A stretch of 63,858 nt of DNA, the filler included. It is 8 parts of 8 records of this genome, joined end to end, with 100 filler letters (N's around TTAATTAATTAA, not from the genome) between each part and the next. Parts side by side here need not be neighbours in the genome. Positions count along the whole stretch, not along the records: positions 25,488 to 33,494 come from SRR2962707_338; positions 33,595 to 42,304 come from SRR2962707_344; 6 more parts are not named here. One strand, written 5' to 3'. Positions 25,720-38,400 of the stretch are shown here, piece after piece (the stretch's first letter is position 1; every line of letters begins with the position of its first letter). The position numbers and the translations under genes were made by a program. The notes beneath the pieces are model-generated. The model ran no database searches. It was given only the letters and a program-made list of their open reading frames with translations, and had not been told where the DNA came from.

Positions 25720-28700
25720 TTGAGAGAAATGCATGTTCGATTCTGTGGAGTTCCACGGCAGGGCTTTTGGATGCTCCACGGCAACGCTTCAGCGCTCGAA
25801 GCGTTGTTCCCGTGGGTTGCAGGAGGGGTGGCGCCTGTGTACAACTCTACTTGGGCTGCTCGAGACAGCAACCCCATTTTCCAGGCTGGACCGTCGTCAT
25901 CGTCGTCGGCTTTGTCAGCTGGGGAGGACTGGGAGCTCACTGGTTTCATGGCCGACCTTGCGGTTAACATCATGTCGCAAGAAGCTCTTCGTGACTTCAC
26001 ATTCAGTGTGTTCTTTTTCCCAACGTATACGCAATCGCTGTATGCAACGGCAAAATTGAACATGTGTGACATGACTCTGGCTCCCTTCACAGTCACCCCG
26101 CATCGAGAATATTGTGAACCTTTCTCACTCTTGAGTGGTGTTGAGGCGTGCACGAACCCGTTGACCAATACTTCAGCGCCGAGCGACTCTGATGCGTGCT
26201 GTGCCCGTTTCACCCCCCAGGTTTTAGAGACAACCGTCGACCTTTTGCTCCGTGCTCAACCAGACGTGAGCCTGATGTCCCAGATAGGCATTGATGGTAA
26301 CGTTGGGAACTTGTTTCTTGCACTCTTGCTGCTCGAAATTATCATCGCGCATCTGGTTTGGCTCACTGAGATTCTCAACAACAAAAGTCATCAATTCAGC
26401 CGTCAATATGTCACTGGAATAGCGAGTGCCTTGTACTTTGCTTTGATTACGATCACCACCGTTGGATATGGTGACACAGTCCCCGTTACAGCCTTGGGGA
26501 AGCTTATTACGATCGTTGGTTTGATTGTTGGCGTTGTCATCACGGTTTGTGTCGAAAATTCCTGCAGCTTGTGTTCACCCACAGATTTCATTCTCAGTTT
26601 TGGAAGTGGGTTTCATCATTTCACTGTTACTGACACCTGTCTTTGGTCTTTGTGCTACGTCAGGCACTGATGACAGGTACCATCGCCAGCAACCTCAATG
26701 CGTATCGACTGGATGCACAAAGGTATCAGATCAACTCCATGGGAGACATCCAAGAGTTCGTATACCACGCCCGTGGCTTATGCTTTCTGTCTGTCCCTTC
26801 GCGCCTTGAGTCACAGGCGAGGAAACGTACTAAGACAGTTTTCACTTTTTTTCCTCACATACATACCTCTGATTTGGCTCTTGGATTTTTGTTTCGCAGG
26901 GGCATGGATATTTGCACGCCTTCATCACTTTATCTTGATTTTCCTGCCTTTGACATGGCAGTAAGTTCCATGTTTGTTTGCAACTCAGCTGCGTTCGAAT
27001 TGTCGACCTTCCAGATGCCTGCTGGTAAACTAATTGGATGTGCAACTACGAATTATAGGACATTTTTGTACCCACGGTGGAGGATCGACAAGATGCTTTT
27101 GCATCCTGTGTGGAGAGTCTGAACAATGGCGATGTTAGTGCGGTCGCCAATGACCGCCCAGTACTTATAAATTATCTACTTGGCTTGCCGGCAGAAGAAG
27201 CAGCTGGCTTGCGCATTGTGGAAGGGGCGAACATCGTACATCTTGCCCCTGCCATTTCACAACAGGCGGATCCGGTATGAAATAGAGGTTTTGCTGAGAG
27301 CCCCAAACCTCATAATTTGAGCATGTGCTGTTTGTTTTCTCCCGATCATGATCTTAGAACTGTTGTCTGTAGACATTGCAGTCACTTCTTCAAACAGCGT
27401 ATGCAAATGCTCTTCGGGATCCTCTGTTCTATTACCCCGCTGTTAATAAATATTTTGAAGCTGTTCGTATTACAAAATGTTGTCATTGCCATTACATGCG
27501 CGCTAGCTGTTGTTTAGTATTGATGTGGTTGCTATTCAGGATCATGAACATCAAGACGAAGTGCTGTACAACGATTCCCTAAATCTAGTGACCTTTGGCA
27601 TCGTCATTGGATATTTTTCAATTCTTGTCATTGTGGGGATCGTTCATTGTGTAAAGGGCGGCGGGTAGGTACCTGGAATCAACTTGGATCACTCGCTCAC
27701 TTGTTGTGATGCTCACGCGTTTCTGAGCGCCCACATCTTTACCAAACAACCACTTCTACTTTACACAGTCTTCATTGCCATGCCATGTTGAATCTTTCAG
27801 ACTTCGACGAGTGTTTTTACGGTACAAACGAGGAGCCCGAGGTCTCAACAACTTGGTCACAATGGAAAAAGCACGTTAGGCATAGCATCATGTTTACTGC
27901 GCGTTCCTTGCTTGTTCTGGCACGTGCAATGACTTTTGACACTGCAAATTGTTTGGAATTGAAATTAGGCCCTGGCAAAAACGCACATCAACCGCAAAGT
28001 TTCTCGTCGAGACACGGTGACCAAGAAGCAATTGTCAAGCGCAGACAATTTCTCGACGGAAGAGCAGGTTTGTTGGGGGAGGACAGGCGTGTTTCAACTA
28101 TTCATACCATATTTATGCTACGGATGTTTCTCATGGGCACATCTATGGTGCGGTGTGCAAGATCCAAATGATATTTGAAGGCATCGATCTGGACGGCAAA
28201 GGTTACATCAAAAGTGACGACGTCATGCAGGTGCGTTGAGCTGTCTGGAGCACCATCTTGGACAGCTAACGGAGAACGCATGTTGTCGTTCACATATACT
28301 GTGCTTGTCGCCATTTGCTGGCTGCATGTTCATTGTTTTGTGTAGCTTATTCGCAGTGTAGTCAACAGCCAGGGTCTCAACACAAAGTCGGTGCGTTAAT
28401 TAAAGTCCCGGTTGAGGTTGAAACTTCTGGTGGTTGATGGTTCCACTGAATTTTCCGTTGCTCATTGCTAGGACAATGCCAAAGAGGGTCTTGACAACGT
28501 ACTCCAAGTAAGTTTGACACTACTTCCGCTGAGCTATCGTCTTTCACTGCAAGACTGCTTGGTCTCCTTTTTTTTCACAACAATGATCAAACCGGTACAT
28601 TATTAAATGCAACTCGCTGATAAAGATCAAGCGATTTTTGCGGCACACTATCGAAAGTGACCTAGATGGAAAAGTTTATCTTGATGAATTCCGCATAGCG

Positions 28701-29396
28701 TGAGTGGTGGACAATTTACTGCGGACAATCTGTTGATTGTAGAACTTTCATTGATTACTCGACTCAACCTGTACTGTACTTGCTGCATACAGGTATCTCA
28801 CAACCCTGAAAATGCCTTCCGCTCGACGTCTGCTTTTTGCTGTCACGGCATTGCCAGCAAAGGCTGTAACCACAAGCGTGACCCATCAGCAAAAGGCTCT
28901 CCGGAACAAGTTTGGAGATGGGGACGGCTCGCGCGATGTTGTGGCACACATTGCGTCCATTCAGTCCCAAATTACAACACTGCAGCAAAATATGCTGTTG
29001 CTGAAGGCAAAGGGGTCCGATGTTGAACTCACAGACAGATACCAACTAAAGCCGCGACAGCCAAAAGCAAGCCCAAGGGACCACTCCGTCGTTCACATGC
29101 AGCAGACGACCAATACCATACACGCAAATATATCCAAGGCCAAGTTGGTCGTGCCTCATCGGCCGCCAACCAAGGTGCCACACACAAAATCCATGTTACC
29201 TGCACGCACAGTTGTGAATGTTGACGACGCAGCCAGGCAAACGACGCTGAAGCAGCCTGCAGGTAGTGCGGACCAAAGAATGGCAGATGTGAAAACGAAA
29301 GAGGCACCTTCGTTGCTGACTCCAACTGCTTCCGACGATGCAGGACTCAATCCAACTGCCACTTCGGTTAAAGTAGTACGTTTGGAGTTCCGTTAA
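25720..29396 (+). CDS. GluR0-like ligand-gated channel (iGluR S1-M1-P-M3-S2-M4) with K+ selectivity filter and C-terminal EF-hand pair, multi-exon; ends approximate
   Basis: S1 TGFMADL..CDMTLAPFTVTPHRE; pore ALYFALITITTVGYGDTVPVTALGK; M3 ALMTGTIASNL; S2 CVESLNNGDVSAVANDRPVL; M4-like LVTFGIVIGYFSILVIVGIV (~27585-27650); EF loops DLDGKGYIKSDD (~28186) and ESDLDGKVYLDE (~28653). Confidence 0.75.
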
Positions 29397-29751
29397 TGTG
29401 CACATTTTAACGCTTCGTAGCATTGTGTGCCGCCTGGTGAGCAACTCAGCACAACAATTGGTATTCATGGCAGGTGAAATCACGGGTAATAGCATCATCT
29501 GCGTCGTTGGACGAACCTGCATCAGCTGTAACTCCACGAGGACGCAAACCTGCGTACTACGTATGAACACCTCCGCAACGACTGAAGGGTATTGCATTTG
29601 TAGCTAATGTCTTAGGGGAAGCTTGTGACAACTACCATCAGTAACTTATTCGATACATCTGACAACAGAATCCGCCTGATATAAAACGAACTCAATCCAT
29701 ATACGTCGTGCTTCAGGTGAACAGGTGAACCGGCTCCTCTTCGGTCCCAGA

Positions 29752-32700
29752 TCAACGCTTTTTTCTCGCCAAGAAACGGGCACGAGCAGCAGCAAGTGCA
29801 GCGGCCTTGTTGTCGGCAGTGATGGCCAAGTCTGAAGCGGTGACTGTCGATGCATCTGCACCGTCGGTTGCCACTGCGGTTGTTATCTGACAAAAGACAG
29901 TCATGGGTTCTTACGCAAGCTACAGATCAAGACAAGCAACGAAGCACACATTGAATTGATGTGCACACGAAACACGTTCTTTCTTCAAACCTGAGGACCT
30001 CCTTTTAACCTTCCCTGCGGCTTTCTCTGCAGGCTCCGAGCATCTGCGCTGCTTGTCGCGGCAGCACTTGACGAGGGGCGCGGGCCAACGGTAGCAGGAG
30101 CAACTGGCGCCACTCGTCCAGTGAGTTTGTAAACGTCTGGCCGCCCAATTTGCTTGACATGCTTCTTGATCCATCTTCGACGATCCAAAGCATAATCAAA
30201 AGAGAGATCAAACATATCTTCCACCAGCCACGGTACTTTCGAAAAACTGATACATGTGACACGCACCGCTCTTCGACGGAGATAACATTCCGCAGAAACG
30301 GCTTCGCGGTCACAATGAGCTCCATATACACAACGCAAGGCGGTGCACTCTGCAAAGTGCAATTTGGGTGCAACTGGCATATTTTCATGTCATAATCGCT
30401 TCCACTATCGCTGGAATTCAGGGTTTTCAGAAGGCCAAAAGGTCATGCAAAATATGTGTAAACTGCGCACCCGTCGCAAGCAGCCTTCGCAGTACAAACA
30501 CGTACCCATACTGAACTGTTCGATATGTCGACTGTTGACAGTTCAGGGCTGCACGCATGAAAAAACCGCTACAAATGGCTTTGCGGATATTCTTGGTCTT
30601 TGAGCGAAATTCAAAAATTCCTCCAGCGCTTTGACTTGAGCTGCGACTGCGTACACTGGTACTCGCACCCTTGCTGGTGGCAAATTCTCGGAATTGCCTA
30701 TCGGCAATGATATCTTTGAGTTGCTTACGAATGTTGTGAGCCAAGCGCATTGCGCGCATGTTGACAAAGTTGGCCTGCCATATCAAAAGGGCAAGTAGCG
30801 TGCAAATAAGATCTAAGTGTATCCAGTCAAAGCAAGAGTGTACTTGGCTCGGTTTAGTCGAACAAACCAGGCACCATTCCATTGATGCCCCCCGGCGTAG
30901 CCACTCGTTGTACACCGCCAAAAAACTTAGATGATCACCGTCTGGGTGCGATAGTCTCTGGCGAGCTTGAAAAGCCTTCTTCACATGCTGATCGTACCGG
31001 GCATCGCCGCCACCACGTCGTTGGGTCAGCACGCTACCACCTTTTTGCCTGCGGGGTGTGTACCATATCTCCTCTGAGCTCAGCATCGCCGCGATGGTCA
31101 GAACATCTTCCACACAGTCGAACTCGACGCTTGCAACTATCATCCGTGCAAGACATGGCTCCACCGGAAACAATGCCATGAGGCGGCCCAGCGACGTCAC
31201 TCCCCCGCTCGAATCAAGAGCACCAAGCTGGTGAAGCAATCGCAAAGCATCAAATGTTGCTTCAGGGAGAGGAGGATCCAAAAAGTCAAAACCGAGAACA
31301 TCGTGTACACCCAATATCTTCAGCTCGAGCACGGTGCTGGCAAGGTTGCAACGCTGAATTTCCGGGACAGTGACCGTGGCAAAATTTGCGTATGTTTCTT
31401 TTGGATATATGCGGTAGCACTTCCCCTGGCTCGTCCGCCCCGCGCGACCAGCACGCTGTTGTGCGGCAGTTTGTGATATCGGAACAACAACAAGCGCGTC
31501 CATACCGCGGTCTGGACGATAAATCCGTTGCTTCACAAAACCGGGATCAACAACGTAACGAACACCATCGACGGTGACTGAGGTTTCTGCGATATTGGTG
31601 CACACAACTACCTTCCGCACATGTGCTGGAACGTCATCAAACGCTCGTCGTTGCTCGTCGCCTTTCAGACTGCCTGCGAAATCAGAGAAGCAATTAGACC
31701 ATGAAAAGAACGCGTGACCGCTGAAGTACGGTCCAGACAAACTGTGTTCATAATCTAGCAAACGAAGCGAAGCCAAGTTGCACGAACCATATAGAGGAAT
31801 AACTGTCATAACCATCCCATCCTTCCCAGTCGCCGATTGTGCGCGCGCCCTGATCTGTTCACATGCTTTTTCAATTTCATCTTGGCCGGTCAAGAATACA
31901 AGAACATGCCCTTTCTGCTCTAGTGCATGAATTTTCATCACGATGTCCACAGCTGCCTCAAGCGTCGTGCCTCGATTGCGGTAGTGCGTGCGAGTATGAA
32001 AGAGCTGCACATCAAATGTGCGACCTGGCACTTCGATCACTGGGCAATTATCAAAAAACGCAGAAAACCGTTTGGTATTCAGCGTTGCCGAGGCAACGAT
32101 AAGCTTCAAGTCTGGTCGGCGCTCCTTCAACAGTGCCTTGAGCAGACCGAATAGAATATCGGTACTCAAGCTGCGCTCGTGTGCCTCGTCTAGCACCACG
32201 AGCGAGTAGTCCTTCAGCAACGGGTCACGCAAAATTTCACGAACCAGCACACCATCAGTCATGAACTTGATGCGTGTGTTGGGTGACGAGTTGTCATCAA
32301 ACCGAATCTGGTATCCGACCGTCTTGCCGAGGCTCGATCTCATCTCTTTTGCAACACGCGATGCGACTGTCACCGCTGCCACTCGACGAGGCTGAGTAAC
32401 TGCGATAAGGTTGCGCCCACCTCTGTGTTGATTTCTTCCGCTATCTCTCCTGCCTCCTCGGCGGTCGCGACTGAAGTCCTTCGACGACGACACACCAAAG
32501 TCCTTGTAGAGCATCTGGGGAAGCTGCGTGGTCTTGCCAGACCCTGTTTCACCAACAATGACAACTACTTGGTTGTCGCGAACTGTGTTTCGAATTGTGT
32601 CTTCAGCATCGTAAATGGGCAGTTCCCGGGCTTTGCGGCGGATTTGAGTAACCTCGTCGTCGGCAGCAGCAGCAGCAGCAGCAGATGCAGAAGATGAAGC

Positions 32701-33180
32701 AGCACGTGCTCTCGAAGTGCTTCCATTCTTCGTGCTTGAGGCAGCGCCTTTGGAACGAGGGCGAGAGCGAGAGCGAGAACGAGAACGGGAAGAAGACTGA
32801 GATTGGGAATTTGAGCGAGAATATGATCCCGAACTCGATGATCGAGACCCACGAGATCTTGATCTCGATCTCGAACTCGAACTCGACGAGCGCGACGACG
32901 ACCTTGGGCTGCGGCTCGAAGTAGTTTTAGAGCGTGTCGAGCGTGAGCGTGTCGAGCGTGAGCGAGATCGACGGCGATCTCGTCGTCGATGTGGTCGACT
33001 ATCTGTTTTCTCATTCCGACGACGTTGCGACGTCGTTCGCGACTCTGACCTTCGCTGCGTGGGCTCCTCTTCCCTCCTGCTCCTCCGCTCGGGTGGTTCC
33101 CTTCGGTCGCGGTTCCGACTTCGACTTCGACTTCGACTTCGACGTCGAACTGAGCGAGACTCAATCGTCGAGTCTGGCAT
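29752..33180 (-). CDS. DHX40: DEAH-box RNA helicase, DHX40-like, with RS-rich N-terminus, multi-exon
   Basis: GETGSGKTTQ, TQPRRVAA, LDEAHER, SAT, TNIAETS, QRAGRAGR, HA2 region; C-terminal AARARFLARKKR* resembles the DHX40 tail. Family is certain, subfamily is inferred. Confidence 0.8.
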
Positions 33181-33359
33181 GTTTCGAGAGTGTCGCTTGT
33201 GTGAGTGTGGTCTGTGCGCGTGCGAGTCGAACTACTCTATTCTACCCAGCCCGACGACCGACTACAAGCGCCGGCTGTGCTTCAGACTGTTTCGAATGGA
33301 TGAATGAATGAAGCGGCCGTCCCCCTCCACTTTCCGGCGCAAAAAAAAAACTCACGAAA

Positions 33360-33494
33360 ACAACAACACACACGCACACGCACACGCACGTGCACGTCCA
33401 CACATACACACACACACACACACCACAGGCACGGGACTAAGAGTGTGAGAGAGTGGCAGTGAGCAGCGAGAGTGAGAGTGAGAGTGAGAGTGAG
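33360..33494. repeat. (CA)n and (GAGAGT)n microsatellites upstream of the helicase, at contig end
   Basis: Directly visible. Confidence 0.85.
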
Positions 33495-33594
33495 NNNNNN
33501 NNNNNNNNNNNNNNNNNNNNNNNNNNNNNNNNNNNNNNTTAATTAATTAANNNNNNNNNNNNNNNNNNNNNNNNNNNNNNNNNNNNNNNNNNNN
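33495..33594. other. Artificial contig-joining spacer
   Basis: N44-TTAATTAATTAA-N44. Confidence 0.97.
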
Positions 33595-33955
33595 CACTCA
33601 CTCACGAACTCACGAACTCACCCATTCCAGCTCACGCTCACACTCCAACTCCAACTCGACGAAACTCAAACCTAACTCACTCACACATAGTCTGTCACAG
33701 CAAAGTCACTCGCTCGCATTCACTCTCTCACCACTCTCTCTCTCTCTCTCTCGTCGTCCCTGGGTTCGCTGACCTGCGGGACCTCTCTCCAAACCTCCCG
33801 CTGCTCCCTCGTTCCTCGCTGTGGTGGGGTGCGAAACGATCTCAGATTCGTGTGAAGACCTTTTGCAGTTTGCCTGGGACGCCCCAACAACAAAACAGAA
33901 GCACCCAACAAAAAAAAAAGAAAAAAAAGTAACAAGCAAAAAAAAACTAAAAAGA

Positions 33956-35289
33956 ATGCATCACGATGACGAAGAGGACGAGCAGGAGGAGGAAGAACAA
34001 GTGTTGGACCACTCGTTCATCCTCCGCCTCCCCGAGGGAGTAGCGGCACGGCTCCGTTCCAAAATGAGCCAGCTGGCCCGTGCTCGGAAGGGGTACGAAA
34101 AAACGAGGAAGCACAAAAAGCACCTGCTGCGAATGCAGCACTCGCTCGAAAACTACATTCGCATTGAGCCTGCAGTCGACCCAACCACTCTCGAGCCCCT
34201 GCGAGACGAGCGGTACCACGTTTTCATCGACAAAAAGTGCTATCCTGCGAAAGTGTTCTATCTGCCGTGCGTCACCGAGACGTACGCTTCGGCGGATACG
34301 TTTTCAGGGTCGGGCAGTCGCAGCGCCGCGCAGCAGAACACCGGCGATCTCACCAAGTCAGGTGACATTGGTGAGGTGCTCGTCGTGCACGATGCTCCGC
34401 GGTCAGCGGAGCACGAGCAGATGGACTGGACGTGGACGGAAGACCCGGACCTTGTCTACACCAAGGTAAATGAGTGCGGAAGGGAGTGCTTGGACGTGAA
34501 TGCAATGCTCGGACGAGACTTGCGTTCGATGATTCTTGGCAGGCGACAACGCTTGCTTGCTTTGGGTGGCGGTCCACGGCAATGCCGCGTTGACATCACT
34601 TTTTTGTGTTAATGCTTGCTTTCAAGGTCGAAGCGGCGCGTGCGCAAAACGAAGCGGTGCATCGCACTTTGCGAAAAGGCTTGACCCATCCAGCCAACGA
34701 CGTGTACGCAAAGCGCTGGGCTGGCAGCGAGTACACGAACGGATGGTACCCCTTGAAGCCCGCTGACACAAGTAGTTTTACCGTCGGCGTCGATCAAAGT
34801 GGCATAGAAGATATGTATGGCGGGTCCGATGGCGGTGCAGACGCACCTGATGACGAGTACGACTTTCAAAACGAGCTTAACACCCACATGCCGCCGCTGT
34901 CCCGCACGGACATTGAGGACATGTGCCGAATCCTCACGGACAACTTCGAAGTAGCAGTGGAATACACTGACGAATTCAGAGCTTTGCCATGGGATAAAGA
35001 CACAGTGCGCATCTACGACAGCGACAAGATGAATTATCAAGGAGCTGCGTTCGACGACGACAATGATGACGACGAGGACGACTTTGATGACGAGGGCAGA
35101 GGAGGTGGCAGTGGCGATGGGGAAGCCAGCGGGGGAGCAAGTGTAAGGGATTCTGGTGGGTTGTCTGCAGGCGGTGCCCTTGACACAATTGAAGATGGCA
35201 GCGAAGAAGACGATGGGTACAATTCTGCGGAAGGCCAAATGAGTGAAGACGAAGATTACACTCAGCCTGGCGCCGGGCGAAGGCGTTAG
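33956..35289 (+). CDS. TAF7: TFIID subunit TAF7-like (TAFII55_N domain), 2 exons
   Basis: HSFILRLP, YPAKVFYLPCVTETY, KSGDIGEVLVV, KGLTHP; acidic tail; GTAAAT..CAAG intron at about 34467-34626. Confidence 0.75.
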
Positions 35290-35468
35290 AGACTTTCGTG
35301 CCGCTGAGAACTGGGTGAGTGAGGGCCGCATTTTGCCAGGTTGTGGGGGACGTAGCCCATGCTGCCAAGCCTACTGTTCGACGACGTGTGCCCTCCTGCA
35401 GGAACGTTGTTGCAATAAGGTCTATAATTTATTGATATGAAAGCGAATGTGCCGTGATCATGCGCAGC

Positions 35469-38400
35469 TTAAAAGTCGAGTGCATCTGAAAAAGTCTGGC
35501 TTCCAAGTGACTCGAATAGCCCGTCCTCGTCAAAGTCGTCGTCTAAATCCATTGAATCATTGTTTGCGTCAGCTCCCGAGGAACTGCTGGTGCCGCCTTG
35601 TTCACTCTGATCGCTGCTGGCGCAGTTCGTCGCTGGCTCAGCACGAGCGCTCGCACTTGCCGAGTTGCCGCATGCTCCAGCACTACTGCTTGCGCCTGAT
35701 TGCCCCGTGTTTACCTGGGCTGATTTCGGCGCAAGTGGCGGACGTCCACCTGACGGCACTTCTGTGGCTTGGTGTGACGCTTTGGCCTGCGGGGCTTCGT
35801 GCCGTCGCATGCGCTTGTGCACTGGGGCACGAAACACTTTCACAACTGCGCCACCACGAGTTACCATTGTGGGGGCACGTTGCAGACCATCTCCACCGGA
35901 AGAAGATCCAGATGACTCGGCAGGAGCAGATCCCGCTTGCTGCCCATTCGCAACGCGATGGCCTTGGGGCAACGGGACTTTCAACTTCTCAGCGCCACCA
36001 GTAATTTTGACAATCCAGTTTTTGTCTTCAGCAAGGCCGATAAGATCTTGCAAAAGAGCAACCCCCGACTCGGCTAGGGCTTCCGCGGAGCCAAGAATGA
36101 TCAATTTGCTCTTGGCGCGTGTTACGGCGACATTGAGACGGCGTTTATCCCGGAGCAACGAACCCACCCGGCGGCCACTCGTTGGGCTTTCCACTTTGGG
36201 TACATCTTTGTCGGCTCCACTGGAACCACAGCTGGTCGAATTCGCGTGCTTGGACGATGCACTCCCCGCCGGCGGGCATACGAGGGACAATATGATCACT
36301 TCTTTGTCACGACCCTGATAACTATCGACCGTCATTGTTTCCAAGTCCTTGAAATCTTCGCCGACTGCACGCCGCAAAAGCTTCAGTTGGTTGCGATACC
36401 TGCCGTGGCAAACGACAAAGAAGACAACCAGGTGTGAATGCATTGGCAAAATCAAATCACCGAATTGTTCTGGGGGGGTCACAAACACCGTTTGCCTTGC
36501 AGAACGTACGGAGATATCAACCCAATGTCGGCCGGGGCAACACCTGCGAGGACAAGGGCGCGCACCACACTTCGCGCAGCATACGCTTCTGGCTTGTCCA
36601 TGTTGGACCATGCACGCCGCAAGCGTGAGGGAGACGGTTTGAGAGGCTGCTTGATCGGGGTTGCAGCAGCAGACGAAGCGCGCGATGAGGCCGCCGATGC
36701 TTCGATATCCAGGAATACAACAGCACGATTCGGACAGATCGCTTCCGCGATCCAATGAGACGGCCGCATGCTATCGACGGAGGGCGAAGTGCCGAGTACG
36801 CTAGACTCAGACTCGTGCAACGCCACGCTTCCATTCACAGTAGCGGCAACATCCCGCAAGGCGTACACACGCTCGATGTGTGGAAGCTGAAGAGCCCTCG
36901 ACGCGACCTCTGCTGTGCCGCAGCAGAGTTGCCCGTTGTACACGAGCGCATTGCAAACGGACATGATATCTTCATTCATGCGATACCTGCAGCACGGGAT
37001 CACACATGAAACAAAACAAAATCAATACGAGCGCCAGAGCAAACTGGTTTCCCACCGCACAACAAGAAACCCCAGCACCAAACATCACCAGACTCACTGG
37101 TGGGTCAGAGCAACCTTAGCGCCTTCGTGATCCGTGTCGCACAAACGCTTAAAGAGTGACACGTCCATGCCCCCGGCAATAGCACGCGGATTCTTTACCA
37201 AGGGAGGCAGCTGCTTGTGGTCACCAACGAGAACAAATGTCTCACAAGCCCGAAGTGGGCCAAGAACAACAGGCTCTGTGATCTGGCCAGCTTCGTCCAC
37301 AATGCAAAAGTCGAAGCGCCGACGGTCGAAAAGAGGGTGCCGCACCCCAAGACAAGTTGTCGCGACAAGGTGAGCCCCCTCCAACAGGGTTATGTAGCGT
37401 TGAAGTTCAAAAGCACTGTCCTTTTCGGCTGAAGTTGCTGGGGTCAACGGGAGGGGTGACGTTCCTAGGTCACTGGGGCTGCGTGCATCGTCGTCTGTGT
37501 CGTCAGCGAGCTGTTCCTTGTCTTGACGTAATCGACGCTCAATGCAGAAACGGCGCACACGTCGGTGCACGCGGCGCTCGGTCCCAATTCTTACAATGGA
37601 ATACGGCTCGTCAACGCAAGCGTCATCAACAATCTTCATGAGAAGATTGTCGACTCCGGTGTTCGTGTAAGACGCTACCAGAACCGACTTCCCCAAGAAA
37701 AGCAGTACACGCACAAGAAAACTAATTAGTCGTGTTTTGCCCGTGCCAGGCATTCCCTCGACAAGCATGTAGTCCCGAGCAGCAAGTGCTTGACAGACAG
37801 CACGTTGCTGACAGCTGTTCATCGACTCGAACTCTTGGCTTAATGCTGTGCGTATGCGCTGAAGTTGTGTGCCAGACATGACAGGCCAATATGAAGGGGT
37901 TGGCGGTTGCTTGAAAGTCGTGCTCCAGGGAAACCTGTCTCTTTCCAACAGCGCAGAGGGGAAAAACTGAGGCTTGTCAAGATGCACCACAAGTCGCCTT
38001 CGTTTGTCGTCCACGCGACGCCCAGGCAGCTGCGGCACAGGGTTCGCTTGAGTGGATCCAGCGCCCCGCATTTGCATTTTGTCCCAGCTTTTAGTTGCGG
38101 CCACGCCAGGAACCGCAAACAACCGCGTGACATTGTCCATCGCCAGTCGCATGCTGGAGTAAAACTCATCTTTGTCCAATCGCCACCGCAGGACCATTCC
38201 ATCTCCCGATTTGCAGCTGCTACGAGATGACTGAGAGTCTGCACCATTGCTTGTAAATTCTGCAGGAATATGGGTGCGAACTTGGAGCTTAATACTGTCT
38301 TTTTGCAAAGCTTTGACTGTCCCGATCGCAATTCCATACACTGTGTGCAAAGGGCGCTGTAAAAGGAAGTCCCCCTTGTCGGTACGATTCGACGCCGCGG

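Noticed and set aside
32740-33150. Hexamer-like repeats (CTTCGA, GAGCGA, CTCGAT)
   Set aside because: Explained by the Arg/Ser-rich N-terminus of the DEAH helicase
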